DNA from: Anthoceros angustus | Lineage: Eukaryota; Plantae; Anthocerotophyta | Reading direction: 5' to 3' | NCBI GenBank assembly: GCA_010909165.1 | Contig: VJWM01000253.1 | Coordinates: 62,001 to 126,000 of the forward strand | Length of the DNA stretch: 64,000 nt | In this document: piece after piece, positions 36,236-48,459 of the stretch | Numbering within the stretch: position 1 is the first letter of the stretch | Layout: every line of letters starts with the position of its first letter | Program-made: the position numbers and the translations under genes | Notes under the pieces: generated by a model | The model's database searches: none | What the model was told of the DNA's origin: nothing | The model's input: only the letters and a program-made list of their open reading frames with translations

Positions 36236-37110
36236 CACTACAAGGGTGAACATGTTTGGGTGCAGTAATTCTCATGAATCCCATTTGGGATGGGTTCCAC
36301 GAATGGTTTCGGGAAGTTACACATTTTCAACACTAAATTAAGATCTAGTTCTCTAAAATGAGAAATAACTTTTACAAATTAAAAAATAAATTATTAAAAC
36401 CACATATATAAAGCGTGAACGAGGAGAAGGAACGGGGAGAGGGAACGGGGAGGGAGGAGAGAGAGGAGAGAGAACGAGGAGGGGAAGGCTGTATCGGGTG
36501 ACCCATGAGGCCCATTGCTGGCAAGGGCAGTCAGATTCACTGTCACCTGACTATGTTTCTGAAGTCACTAGGTCCCTCGTGAGAGTTGTATATGAAAAAG
36601 AGAAGTTAGATATTTGGTAAGAAAGTGCGATAGGACAAAGTTTGACTTCAGGGGCAAAGGACGAGGTCTGGAGTATTGGACGATGCTTTTAATAAGATGT
36701 TCATTATATGAAAAAACTTGCTGCAAAAACTTGATATGATATAATATGAGAATTCCATTTTGGCTTTTCATCTGGCAAGATCCATAAAACGACTTCCGAG
36801 AAATTAGTTCATCCTATTTGTGACGAATTCAACCCCCATTCGATTTTCTGATGCCGTCGCTCCAGATTCAACTTGTAAAGTTAAAGGTGAAAAGGAGCGA
36901 TTAATCTCCTTACCTGAAGTTGTAATAGTATATAGATAAAGAGCTAGTTATAAACTCTGGTACATAGATAACTTTTGCTATTCCTTAGAAGACTATACAA
37001 CAACTTGGATCGACACATGAATTCTTGATTTGATTTTCTTCTGTTCTATGGGCCCCAACACATTGGTGGTTGGCTTTCCTAATCAAAAATTTCGTGGTTG
37101 GGAACTACTA
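36236..37110 (-). mobile_element. Highly decayed CACTA-like remnant
   Basis: CACTACAAG at 36236. Minus-strand SCVDPSCCIVF..KE*QKLSM resembles the TNP2 N-terminal CxxxCxxF..Y..L..CP.C motif. No second TIR found. Confidence 0.3.
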
Positions 37111-38091
37111 GGTTTTTTATCATTTTTTATTATGTCCAAAATTAGGATTCTCATATCATAGTTGAGTGAAGGAACCTGGCTTGGATTTATCCAAAACCGG
37201 TCTTTGACCACGCTCCAACAACAAATGCATTAGCTTAAAGGTCCTAAAGTATATCGACTACCACAAGCGTCAACATCTAGAGGCGCTGTACCTACTCTTG
37301 TTCAATGCATAGGCCACCTTTCTATAACATGATAAGTACGGCCTCTTAATCACATTACTTAGCAACTCGAGTATGTATGTATTTTTGGCTTTAAAACAAT
37401 ATGAATGCTTATAGATCATTACCTCATCTTGTCTCAAAGGTATCACATTTCTTGAGTTCAAGAATACTTCTAATGATAAATGCTACAAGAAGTGTCCAAT
37501 GGTAATGTGGCCTGCAACAACTCTTGTGAGATAGCAGGTACCATATGTCACATCACCTTATTTAGTAACCTGAGTGATTATATTATCTTAGCATGCTCAA
37601 ATATAAGGTTCGTAGAAGAGGCAACAAAGCTACATATTAATGAGGATGTTGTACCGTATGCTACATAATGGAAGGATTACTTTGTAGCAATGCAGCTACA
37701 TGTCAATGAAGATCTCATATGGTAGCTACATGTCCATGAGGATCTCACTCCATATATTACACTAATATAATGAAAATTCGAGAAGAGTTGCTTGGAGACA
37801 ATTACTTGGAGTTCAGTAGATCTTTTTTAATAGAATTTGATATTTTATAAAAATAAAATATCAATATACTTTTTTGAGGTTTTACTTATGCCTGTGTGAA
37901 GGATATTTAAGCACGAGGGAAAGTGCTCTCGAGACGTAGGTAGGTATCCACAAGTTCTAGGCAAGCCTCATCCGCTGACTTGGAGACGGATTATACAGTG
38001 CCATGTGTTGCAGCTATCATTCCTGTTGCTGAACGCTAAGCTCATTGACGCAGGGCGCCCGCCCTCCGCCCTTAGCAGGCCAGGTTCAGCC

Positions 38092-38886
38092 ATGGCTCCC
38101 AAGAAGGGAGCGGCGGTGAATGGCAAGGGCAAGGCATCCAAGTACGCGGACGATGCACCGTGGAGGAAAACCGGGGAAAAGGCAGTCCCTATTATCTCTC
38201 AGGGTGCCATTCTCTCTGTCCGTGAAGGCCCTAATTTCCACTACGCCATGAGCATCATGAAGGTGAGCAATGAATCCTCTCTCCACTCTGCTTTGTGCTC
38301 GTACTCCACTATGCGTTTGGCTTTGTACTGCTGAATGTACGCCTGTAGGGAAGTTCTTGGCCTTGCATCTTTGGGACACAAGCTATTTTCTGCTTGCAAT
38401 TCCAGTCCGTTCCTGTGTTTACATTGGGAGCCTGATTTGTTTTTTTAGTTTGTCGCTCTCACTGATCCGCTGAGCGTGTTTTAGCAGCATCCGGATCCTA
38501 TAGGCATGGGGTTAGCCACAGAGGCTTTTGTGGAGCCAGCTGGACCAGATTGTATTGTTCCAGGTCAAGTCAAGCCTTTAAGGATACAAGGCATTCAGGT
38601 ATGAACATCTGCCATAAGCTTGTGTCGGGGCTCGGTAGTCGTTGTGTGAGACCCTGGAAGCTGACTTTGATAGTGGTGTTGGCAGATCTGGCCGCTTCCT
38701 TTCCAGCTTTCTGGCAGCTTAAAGGCATTGGAACCAATCGGTCGAGAGCTGAAGACCATTAGTAGAGTAAGTAGTTCTTTCAATTTGCTGCATGTAGTGT
38801 TATGCAGCTGACGGATGTACCTGTCTGTGCACCAGTTACTGGAAAAGGCTTTCGACTTGATGCAAGCCCCTTTCGGCGAGAGATGA
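38092..38886 (+). CDS. Conserved uncharacterised plant protein, 137 aa; exons 38092-38262, 38488-38598, 38686-38766, 38836-38886
   Basis: Four phase-0 exons with GT-AG junctions give MAPKK...KYADDAPWR...NFHYAMSIMKHPDPIGMGLATEAFVEPAGPDCIVPGQVKPLRIQGIQIWPL...LEPIGRELKTISRLLEKAFDLMQAPFGER*. I recall angiosperm proteins with DDAPWR...HPxPIG...GPxCxVPGQV...LEPVGxEL, but this was not checked by search. Confidence 0.85.
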
Positions 38887-39866
38887 AAGGGATGCGTAGG
38901 GCATCTCAAGTCCAATCCACCGTCAGCCTGGGTATTTTGGTTAGCCACGGACTGCGTTGCTCCTACCTGCTTTCCGCTGGGGCAGGTTCGCCTCGCACAG
39001 ATTCCATTCTTTTGTAAATTGTTTCTTCTGATCTTTCTGATCGACTAAAAGTGCACATCCAAATGGCTTTGAGCGACAAGGGGTTCACGCGAGCGGCCCA
39101 TTATATGCTACAGGCGTGGCCAAAATGCCCTAGCCCCTGTCCACCATCTGGGACATCCTAGATGAGACTTGGGTCAAGGTCACAAGCCTTCAGAATACAT
39201 ACATGGACTAGATAATTGATTGGTATTCCAACAACGTCTCTCCACCATTGGACAGTCCCTAAAGTTAATCCTGGTTGCCTGACAAACAGACCAGCGTCTT
39301 AGCTTTCAGATGGGAGTAGACCGCAACAACAATAGTGAGTTACTCACAGTCCATCGCTTTGAAGATTCCTAGAACGTCTCTGCTGTTGACAATTCTTGTC
39401 TCACTTCCTTCAAGATAGAAGAGAGGTTAAAAGGGGTTACCCCCCTCTTCTAATAGCCTGGGCCGTCTCTACTGTTGTGCAAATCTTGTTTCATTGTTGA
39501 TGGTGATTGCACTGGGATAACCAACGGACCTGAGTTCCAACGCCTTTGCTGTCTGCTTGCGGTGTAAAGCTCTCCCTTTCACACCCACCATGCAGAAACT
39601 GAGCATGGAAATGTCCGCACGTAAATGGACTAGAATAAAATTCTCTTTAAAAGTTAGAATATGAAACATTCTCACCAGGACCATATCAGCGCAGTACTCT
39701 CGCTCTCCAGAATTCCTGGTCTGCTTCTCGACCAGCACCTTATCCATTGGCCCATGCTATGAATTGTGAACGCAGGTTGAGGTTTCTTACATTGATCAAA
39801 ACAAAGGTTTTGATCAGCTTAGTCATGTAGGGAACCTGCCCCTTGGCAACCACGCAACTAGTGTCT

Positions 39867-40570
39867 TCCAAGAAGGGAGCGGCGGGCAAGGATGAGGGCA
39901 ATGCATCCAAAGTGCGCGGAGGATGGACCGTGGAGGAAAACTGAGGAAACGATAGTCCCTATTATCCATCCTTGGAGTCCGTGAAAGCAGGCCCTAATGT
40001 CCACTACGTCATATGCATCATGAAGGTGAGCAATCAATCACCTCACCCCTCTGCTTCGGCTCATACTCCACCATGCGTTGGCTATGCACTCCTGAGCGTA
40101 CTTGTGTGGAGCAATTGTCAGGGCTTACATTTGTGATCCACAAGTTCTTTTCTGATCCGCTGAGCGCAAGTTTAAGAAACATCCGGATCCTATTGGCATG
40201 GGTTCAGCCATAGAAGCTTTTGTGGAGCCTGTTGGGCCAGGTTGGATTGTTCTTGGTCCATTAAAGCCTTTAAGGATACAGGGCATTCAGGTATGCTCAT
40301 CGGCCACAAGCTCTTGTTGTGGCTCGGTAGTCGTTGTGTGAGACGTGGAAGCTCACATTGCAATTGGTGTCTTCATGGAATGACAGCAGATCTGTTTCCA
40401 GCTTTCTCTCAGCGTCAAAGCATGGAAACCAATATAGAAGTGATTCTTTCTTTCAATCTACTTTCAGACACAACAAGGTAGTGTTGTGCAGCTGATGGAT
40501 GTAGCGGTTTCCGCCAGTTATTGGAAAGGCTTTCCACTTGATGCAAGCCCCTTTCGGTGGGAGTTAAGGA
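39867..40570 (+). pseudogene. Decayed tandem copy of the 137-aa gene
   Basis: All four exon homologues are present (e.g. catccggatcctattggcatggg and cagttattggaaaggctttccacttgatgcaagcc), but the ATG is lost and there are frameshifts. Part of a duplicated unit ~38095-39601 / ~39867-41211. Confidence 0.85.
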
Positions 40571-41835
40571 AGGCAGGTCGGGAGCCAGGCTACTTTGCTG
40601 AGGCCACGGGTGTGCTGCTCCAAGTTGCTTTCCGCAAGGGCAGATTTGCATGACACGGTTCCGTTCGTTGTAAATTGCTCATTGAGTCTAAATTTCTCGG
40701 CTAGAAGTGCACATCCAAAATCCTATGGCGGCAAATGCCCTCGTTATATGCTACAAGCATCGCCACAAGCCTATTGCTCCTTGTCACCGCCTGGGACATG
40801 CTTGATGAGACTTGGGTCAAGGCCACAAGCGTCCACATTAGATACGCTGGCTGGATGATTTGGAAAGTTCTTATGTCGAGAGTCCAACACAGTTTTTCCT
40901 CCCTTAACACACCACGAACGTGGCCCTAGATTGCCTGACAAAATCGACCAGCCTGAGCAATCAAGGAGGGAGAGCAGTCTACTGCAGCAGTAGAAGTGAC
41001 AACGGTTCCAGCTAAGTTACTCACAGTCCGTCCCTTATAGTTGCTTGGGACGTCCTTGCTCTTGTTCAAGTCTTGTTTCTCTTCCTTGTTCATGAAGAGC
41101 ATGTTGATTGCACTGAGATAACCAACAGTCTTTAGTTCCAAAGCCTTTGCTACCTTCATGCCGTAATCGTTGTCAAGCTCTCCCTTTCATACGGCCATCA
41201 TGCAGAAACTGTTGCAGATCAAGCTGTTAAGTGAGCAAGTTTTTCAATCCATATCCGGTTAGCCACACTTGAACACACAGTGGGACAACATGAACATACT
41301 GTACCTGCATGGAAATTGTGGACACAATAAGGATCCAACAAATGCCCTGAACAGAGCACGAAGCTCATTTACTCAAGTCTTGGAGCCCTCGGAGAGCACA
41401 TCCCCGCAACGACACAAATCAGCGCACAACACTGAATGGTCGTAAGATTGTTAGAAGGATGGGCTTACCATAAGCATTAATGCCCGGCAGATTGGCTAGC
41501 CAGACCAGGCTAGTTCAAGAATCTTCTTGAAGACTCTTGGAGGACGGTCTTTCCCTGTGTACCATTAGGCTAGCAGACAAAGACCTTTCACAATTCCGAA
41601 AGCAAAATAAATCATTAACTTCTAACAATCTAAGTCCTCCGAAATGGGTTGGAAAGTACTTGCGCACCAACAGTGCAAGCAGACCGGGAGCAATATCGGA
41701 GGTTCTCGGATCTGCTCACATACCCCAATGACAACCTGGGTCCTTTCAAAGTACCCGTGCACAACGCAAGCAGAGCGGGAGCAAAATGGAAGCTTCTCTT
41801 ACCTGCTCATGCACCCCAATGCCGAGAAACTGAAC

Positions 41836-42560
41836 TTAGTAGGGCTTCTCTCCAATGTAGTTCCCTGGTGGGTTGTAGCTGCAGATGATGAAGATGGAAG
41901 AATCTTTACAGTTGATTGTTGCATATCCCAGATGGGTTGTCGATTTCGCCACAACCTGCATGAGCTGCCAGTCCAACAATAGTTAAACCAACCCGGAATG
42001 TGGAGGAGAATCCAAGCAGGCTCCTGCGAGCTCGTTCCAACTGCGACGCAGTCGGAATAAAAGGATGAGAGCGAGTGCACCAAGCAAGTACTTGGGTGTA
42101 ACGTCCACACATCCGGCCTGAGGCGCAGCTGTTAGTGGCGTAGTTTTAGTACTTCTCCTCACTGGTCCACGCGTGACCGCACTGCATCACCCGCGGTGGA
42201 GCGCCATAGCCCCAGAACAAATTCTCCCCGTACTGGCCGTGGGAGTGCACCAGATTGCAGTTGTCTGTGTCCCGCCGGTGATTACTGGCGGGCGTAGGCT
42301 TACGGCAGGGGATCCCAGCTGAGAGGATGCAGCGAATCTCAGGCTATGAATAAATAGATCGATAGATGATAGTTGTGTGAGCGACATTCCTGCGGGTGGG
42401 CGACTGGGGCACGAGGAGCGCGGCAAGCCTGGAATGGGAGAGTCTCTTGGATCTTGGGCGACTGGGGTGCACGAGGAGCGCGGCAGGCCTGGAACGGGAG
42501 AGTCTCTAGGTTCTTGCGAACTTGTGAACGTGGCTGTCCGCGCATGTGTTCAAACTGAAG
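41836..42560 (-). pseudogene. PR1: PR-1/CAP-domain pathogenesis-related protein pseudogene
   Basis: PQECRSHN, PLSWD, CNLVHSHGQYGENLFWG, E.KY*NYATNSCASGRMCGRYTQ, intron 42091-41956, then VVAKSTTHLGYATINCKDSSIFIICSYNPPGNYIGEKPY*. In-frame TAA codons and frameshifts. Confidence 0.88.
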
Positions 42561-42917
42561 TGTTCTTGACTAGACTTTGCCGGACTCTAATTAATTAATC
42601 TTAAGTTAGTCTCTCAAGCTAACCTTACCTCCTAACTAGCTACCCTCATGCTTACGCCTATCTTCTACACCGCCAGGGCCCTCCGCCCAGGGATCAGATA
42701 GCTCAGTGCTTATCTCCATCATAGACTCGTGATTAACTTTGTCCTTCACGACTAAACCTTTCTCAACCCACTGTGATAAGTTAGACGGAAAAATATCATG
42801 GAAGTTTGTAATTGTCATATATTTTGCTTCAGAGTTCACATCTACATATGCGCAATCTCTCATTCTACCAACTACATACTATATGGGACTAAGTTCAATG
42901 CTAGCTCATTGGAAAGG

Positions 42918-44928
42918 TTAAGGCGAAATTGGCGGCCCTTCACCAGGACCTCCATAAGTCACACATGTTTCACCACCATTTGCATCATCTCCATTTTCAT
43001 ACCCAACATCATAAATGACAGGATCTTGTGCCTCACCCTCGTTTGGCCCGTCTACAAGGACGCGATTTATAATAATGCTAAAAGTTCCACCTTATAAAGC
43101 ACACATATCTCTCGTGATATGCTCCTCAAAATTTTGAATCCTTGAGCCGAATTCCCCACTTCCCATTGGCATTGATATATCTTGCTGATCCTCTCTGGTC
43201 CGGACAACTTCACCTCTGAACGAAAAGAAATTACTAAATTATGACAATCCACCATCTCTAAATATCTCTTTTGGCTAATATCCAACTGTTTGGCTATTTA
43301 CATCTAATATCCAATCTCCGTCTTTATCCACTTCAATAGAAACTCTAAAACCTACATCACCGTCACTATCCTGTGTTTGAAAAGGATAACCGGGTATCAT
43401 TGGGCTTTCATCCACAAAAATAAACCCTGAGCATTCTAAATTATAGCATCCGTCCTCATAGGAGTCCGTCTGTCATCAACACGTTTCAAAACATAAAACA
43501 CAAAACTTACAATTCAAATTGCAAGATTGTAATTTCAATAAAGGAGGTGTAGAAAATTTAAATCACCGTCCAAAATATAAAAAATGTGGTCGATCTTCAT
43601 TTCCCGTACCATCGTACTTATATGGATACACCTATAAGGAATACCACAACTTAAAATTTACAAATGCACTGACTATAGATCTCGAAATGAAAGCGAGATA
43701 AAATTACATGACTTACTTGCCATCCAACTTCCATTGATTGAAGAATGCTTCCATAATTTTGCACCCATATTTATCCATTTGAGAAATCATTTTCATCATA
43801 AGATCTCACTGCTGGTGGTTGATAAACATTCATTGTTGTAGCTATTCCGTAGGCTTGTGAGAAGCCGTCATCAAACGATCTCAAATCCATTAACCTAGCT
43901 GCATGTTGCCCAAAGTCAAAAGGTACGAGGTAGTCAATTCTATATTTATTTCTAAAAGATCAACATTAGTCCACAATAATATGTATATCCATACATGGAT
44001 CTATGTGTGCAAATGTATTCAATATTTCTACCATCTCGAATGATTGAAAGTTAAAAGACAACATGACATATATGTTTGTACGCAAACACTCAACTAGAAA
44101 ACTTACCCAACGATCGGCAGGAGGTCGGTCATCAATGTTTTTAGAACTCGTACGACCATTGCTAAAATAGGTAGACCTCCGTTTAAAAGATCGCTCTCGC
44201 TCCAAATCAATTCTTTCTGGATGTATCACTCGAGCTATAGGAACACATCCTGGAGGACAACGTCCAACCTCTTTTTGAAACACAGTAGATATAGTCATGT
44301 TTGGGTGCTTATTTTCAAAACCTTTAGAAAGCAATGAAGTACTTTTCTTAAGTCCATTCTTCTGTATGTAGCATCACAATGAAAACATTAGAATATCATT
44401 TTAAGACATATCCAATCTCCTTTATAGAGCATCCTCCTTCACAAAGCATTATAGTGGCATTGGAAATATGAGACATGGTTTAAGACATCTACATGCATCA
44501 AGGTCATCAATCCAAACATTGAATAAAAACTGGTGTAGATGAATTTTTAACCTTATAATGTTCCCTTATAATAGGATCTTGGAAACTGAGTTGATCTTCA
44601 AATTTTACACAATCAATAATGCTGCCATCTGAAAGCTGTCATAAAAATTATTGTCAAAAAAGGAAAAAATGAAGACGTTTTTGAACTCTTATCAATAATT
44701 ACCATTACCCTTATTATTTTCTTAAAACAATATAAAACAAGAGCAAAACCAACATGTACATACTGTATAAGACTTCACAAATGATCAATTGATAACATGC
44801 ATAGCCTTGGGAATATTCTCAGACGATAAAAACCTGCTTGACTGAACTCTTGAATTCGTTGTCATGATGATCATTGAAAAACAAAATCAATGATAATACG
44901 GTATTACTGAGCCTATCCATAATGCCAT
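42918..44928 (-). pseudogene. Neprosin (DUF239) prolyl-endopeptidase-like pseudogene, multi-exon
   Basis: LSDGSIIDCVKFEDQLSFQDPIIREH (exon 44635-44552), CPPGCVPIARV, YGIATTMNVYQP...IWV...MEVGWQ|VYP, GCYNLECSGF, VGY*PKEIF, MGSG, TYGGPG. Several internal stops (TGA/TAA/TAG). Confidence 0.9.
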
Positions 44929-45349
44929 GACTGAACTAGTAAATTCTATATCAAGTATTAAAACTCACACCCCTCTATCTACAAATGAACTACACATCTA
45001 TGTACATATATAGAGAAAACTACCGAGAATATCATAGATTCAACTCGAGAACTGTCCGAGGGTCAATTCTTCTAAAAATTATCCGAGGGTCAATTCTTCT
45101 AAAAATTATTGGGTTGGGGCAATGCCCACAAACCTCTTTAACAAGGAAACAGGGAAGCTCTTGCCGATGCAAAAGCTAGTAGGCATGTCAAGTTGATACG
45201 CTATACGTGAGATTTTTCTTGTAACACAGAATGGAGAACGGACCCATGTACCTATAGGACAACTTGGCTGTTCTCAGAACGGACAGAGCGCTCTCTTGTC
45301 TCATTCCAGCTCGCCCATCACACCACGCTATCCGCGATTTTGTGTGCGT

Positions 45350-45810
45350 TCACATGGGTGCATATGTTGCCGGCATGTCGGCGCCTGTGCACCACTCTTG
45401 CCGGCATGCCGCCCATGGTACTAGTGTTGCCGGCATGCCGCCCATGGTACTAGTGTTGCCGGCATGCCGGTGCCCATGTACTTGTGTGCTGCCGGCATGC
45501 CCCCAGTGTTGCCAGCATGCCGGCGCCCATGTACCAGTGTGTTCCTACATTGCCGACGCCCAGGCACCACTCTTGCCGGCATGGCAGTGCCCATGTACTA
45601 CTGCATTCTTGGTATGCCGGCGCCCATGGTACTAGTGTTGCCGGCATGGTGGTGCCCATGTACTGTGTTCTTTGGCATGCCGCCCATGTACATGTTGCTT
45701 GAAGCATGCATGTGCATGCCCCTTCTGCGGCATGCCGCCCATGGTACTAGTGTTGCCGGCATGCCAGCGCCCATGTACCACTGTTGCCGGCATGGCGGTG
45801 CCATGTACCA
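45350..45810. repeat. GC-rich short-unit array (GCCGGCATG / CCCATG[G]TAC), probably TE-subterminal
   Basis: More than 12 imperfect copies of gtactagtgttgccggcatgccgcccatg-type units, followed by three GAAGGGGGT motifs at 45828-45885. Confidence 0.8.
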
Positions 45811-47128
45811 CTAACATCATAATTTTTGAAGGGGGTGAATAATCTCGAAGGGGGTTTTCCGTAAATAATCTCTGAAGGGGGTTTTTGATGGGCCCTAAAA
45901 CAGCGTTTTTAAGGCATTCCGGAAAACATCTCCAAAAAAAGGGGTGTCACAAACTAAAGTTCCTACTTTCCATCCAGCAATGTTTCTGTCGAATGGTGGT
46001 CGCAAACTCGAACCTATGGGATTAATGCAAAGTAGGAACAGTAAGGAAGGCCGTTCCTGCCGGGAAGGGACGACTGTAAATTTAGTTTTGGGAGGAAAAT
46101 GTGGTTTAGTAAGAACACAACAAAAGCCACGGACAGGGTATTTCCAAAACACAGTAACATCTGGAACCAGACGTACAACATTCACTCTGGGACCCCGGGA
46201 CAAACCGTGATTTCAGTTTCACTCATCACCAGAGTTCAATCCTTCGTCATCACTTGGTCCAGCTTCTCCAGCATTGTCATCACTATCTTCAGCGACACTT
46301 TGACTCGCAAGCTGTATGAAGCCGCGCAACTCGCAGAGCTTATCCCTTATCGCTTTTTTGTCCACCGCATATACATGTTTCTGTGCGTTCAACACAAACC
46401 CACAATACAAGATGGCTATTTCATTCACAAACACTTCCTGTATGTTTTTTTGGGTAATGGACCTTATTCCCTTTTTTCCTCGGCATCAGACCAGATGGGT
46501 TGGCACTCTAATGGACTATGTATTCCTACACATATCTCCCTTCGTACGCATCTGTGTGCTCGGTCCGATACTAGTGGATAAGAAAGTGAGGTCGTGGTGC
46601 ATCTAGCTTCGCGTCAATGACTCTCCCCAATCCAGAATGGCTTGTTATGCGTGTCCATAGTGCACGGTACTGCCAGAAACATCCCCTTCCAGATTTCCAT
46701 TATGTCCCCATTCATCCACGCCATTCCCACTATTGCCTTCCGGCATTTTGATATGCCTCCAAATACATATTACACTGTGGGAGGTCCCTCAATAATGCCT
46801 CATCCAGCAAAGCTTCATCCGGTACTTGAAGTGGTCGCTATGATCCACTGCACGTGAAAACCACTTCCAAGGACGCTGTAGCACTAGCCCAATGTTATTC
46901 TCCACAATGATAGCAATCTCCCGGTCCACTCAAAAGGCTTCCCACCACTTGTACTCTTGATCACCTATGGACGCAAATCTTTTAACCCTTCGTGCAAATG
47001 GGCCACACCTTCCGTCGGTGATAGGATACCTACCGTTCCCTTCTTGTCCCCCCCTAGCTTCACCCGCATGCACCGTAGGATGGTGCTAAGGGAGAGCGCC
47101 GGCCAACCGGCGCCCTCCCTTAGCACCA

Positions 47129-47796
47129 TGTCGCACGAGGTAAGCGCTTGAATTCATATAAGCACTTCCTCGATCTACAACCAAGCAAACAAATCTAATA
47201 CGCATCTAGATATATAGGTGCAACCAATAACAACAGGAGGGAGTAGCTCGCGCATCGTGGCACAAACACACCTCCCACGAACAACACGCAAATTCCTCAC
47301 ACGCCGCCTCCTGAGTCATAGCTTTGGCCTCCTCACAACACTTGCATATCAGAGGACAAGCTATGATCCGAGCTTGTCCTCAATGGAAGGTCTATATATA
47401 CTAGACTGCACGGCATATTCCTAAGATATCCTATTGGCATCGATATGTTAGAAATATCCTAAGAATACACTATAATATGCAAGGAATATGCCAAGCATAT
47501 TACTTGAGCTTATCCACTTAGCTATTGTATTCTAAGAATACTATAATATGCAAGGAATATGCCAAGCATATTACTTGAGCTTATCCACTTAGCTATTGCT
47601 AACCATGTTTAATTAACACTAATCAATGCTTAATTAACATAAGCACCTTAGATTAATTATCACTAATCAATGCTTAATTAACATAAGCATCTTAGATTAA
47701 TTAACACTAATTACTTACTTAAAGATAAGTAATTAGATTAATTAATGCTAATCAAACACTATACCCAAGTGCAGATTAGTATCACACGACATGACA
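47129..47796. mobile_element. Solo LTR, 668 bp, with 4-bp TSD ACCA
   Basis: Starts TGTCG and ends TGACA. ACCA at 47125-47128 and 47797-47800. Internal tandem duplications (about 68-72 bp x2, about 43 bp x2) and a TATA-like run. Removing it restores a long palindrome. Confidence 0.8.
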
Positions 47797-47819
47797 ACCA
47801 CTGTCGGTGCATGCGGGTG

Positions 47820-48060
47820 GAGCTAGGGAGGCGCCGGCCGGCGCCTCCCAAGCATGCCACGCTCATGTGCGCCGGCCGGCGCCTCCCTAGCACACCTTGC
47901 CCATGGGCACCGGCCGGCGCCTCCCAAGCATGCCACGCTCATGTGCGCCGGCCGGCGCCCAACACGCCCGCCCATGGGCCGGCCGGCGCCCCCAACACGC
48001 CCGCCCATGGGCACCGGCCGGCGCCTCCCATAGCACACCGCCCAAGGGCGCCGGAAGGGC
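47820..48060. repeat. GCCGGCCGGCGCC palindromic-unit array
   Basis: Perfect 24-bp palindrome GGGAGGCGCCGGCCGGCGCCTCCC at 47826-47849, plus repeated gccggccggcgcc and cccatgggc units. Confidence 0.85.
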
Positions 48061-48284
48061 CACCGGGACGCCCGAGGACGGATGGTGGAGCTCAGGCGGT
48101 GGGCGTGGCGGCGGGAAGAAGGCGGAGTCCCTAGCGCGGATAGAGGAAGAGAAGCGCCGGAAGGCGGAGAGGGATGTCCGGTCCGTCCAACAGGATCGGG
48201 CTAAGATCCTGCAGCTGTGCGAACAACTGAAGCAAGCGCAGGAGGCTCAGGCAAAGGCGGAGGACCTTTGCAAACGGCGGGAAG

Positions 48285-48430
48285 CCGTCTCATATCATAG
48301 ACTAAGAGTCTCGTATCTGTATCATAGACTAAGAATCTCGTATCATAGACTTAGAGTCTGGTATCATGTACTAAGAGTCCCATGGACTAAGTCTCGTATC
48401 ATAGACTAAGAGTCTTGTATCGTGGACGAA
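48285..48430. repeat. Tandem repeat of about 22 bp (tcgtatcatagactaagagtc), about 6 copies
   Basis: Direct reading of the sequence. Confidence 0.85.
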
Positions 48431-48459
48431 GCCTTAAATGACCTCTACCTCTGGCAACT

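Noticed and set aside
41660-41730. VCEQIREPPILLPVCLHCWC as a RING finger
   Set aside because: Lies in a local duplication of about 25 bp, lacks the full ligand set and has no supporting exons.
47115-47128. TGGTGCTAAGGGAG next to the LTR as a primer-binding site or self-priming hairpin
   Set aside because: The ACCA TSD on both sides shows a solo LTR, and this sequence is one arm of the pre-existing palindrome.
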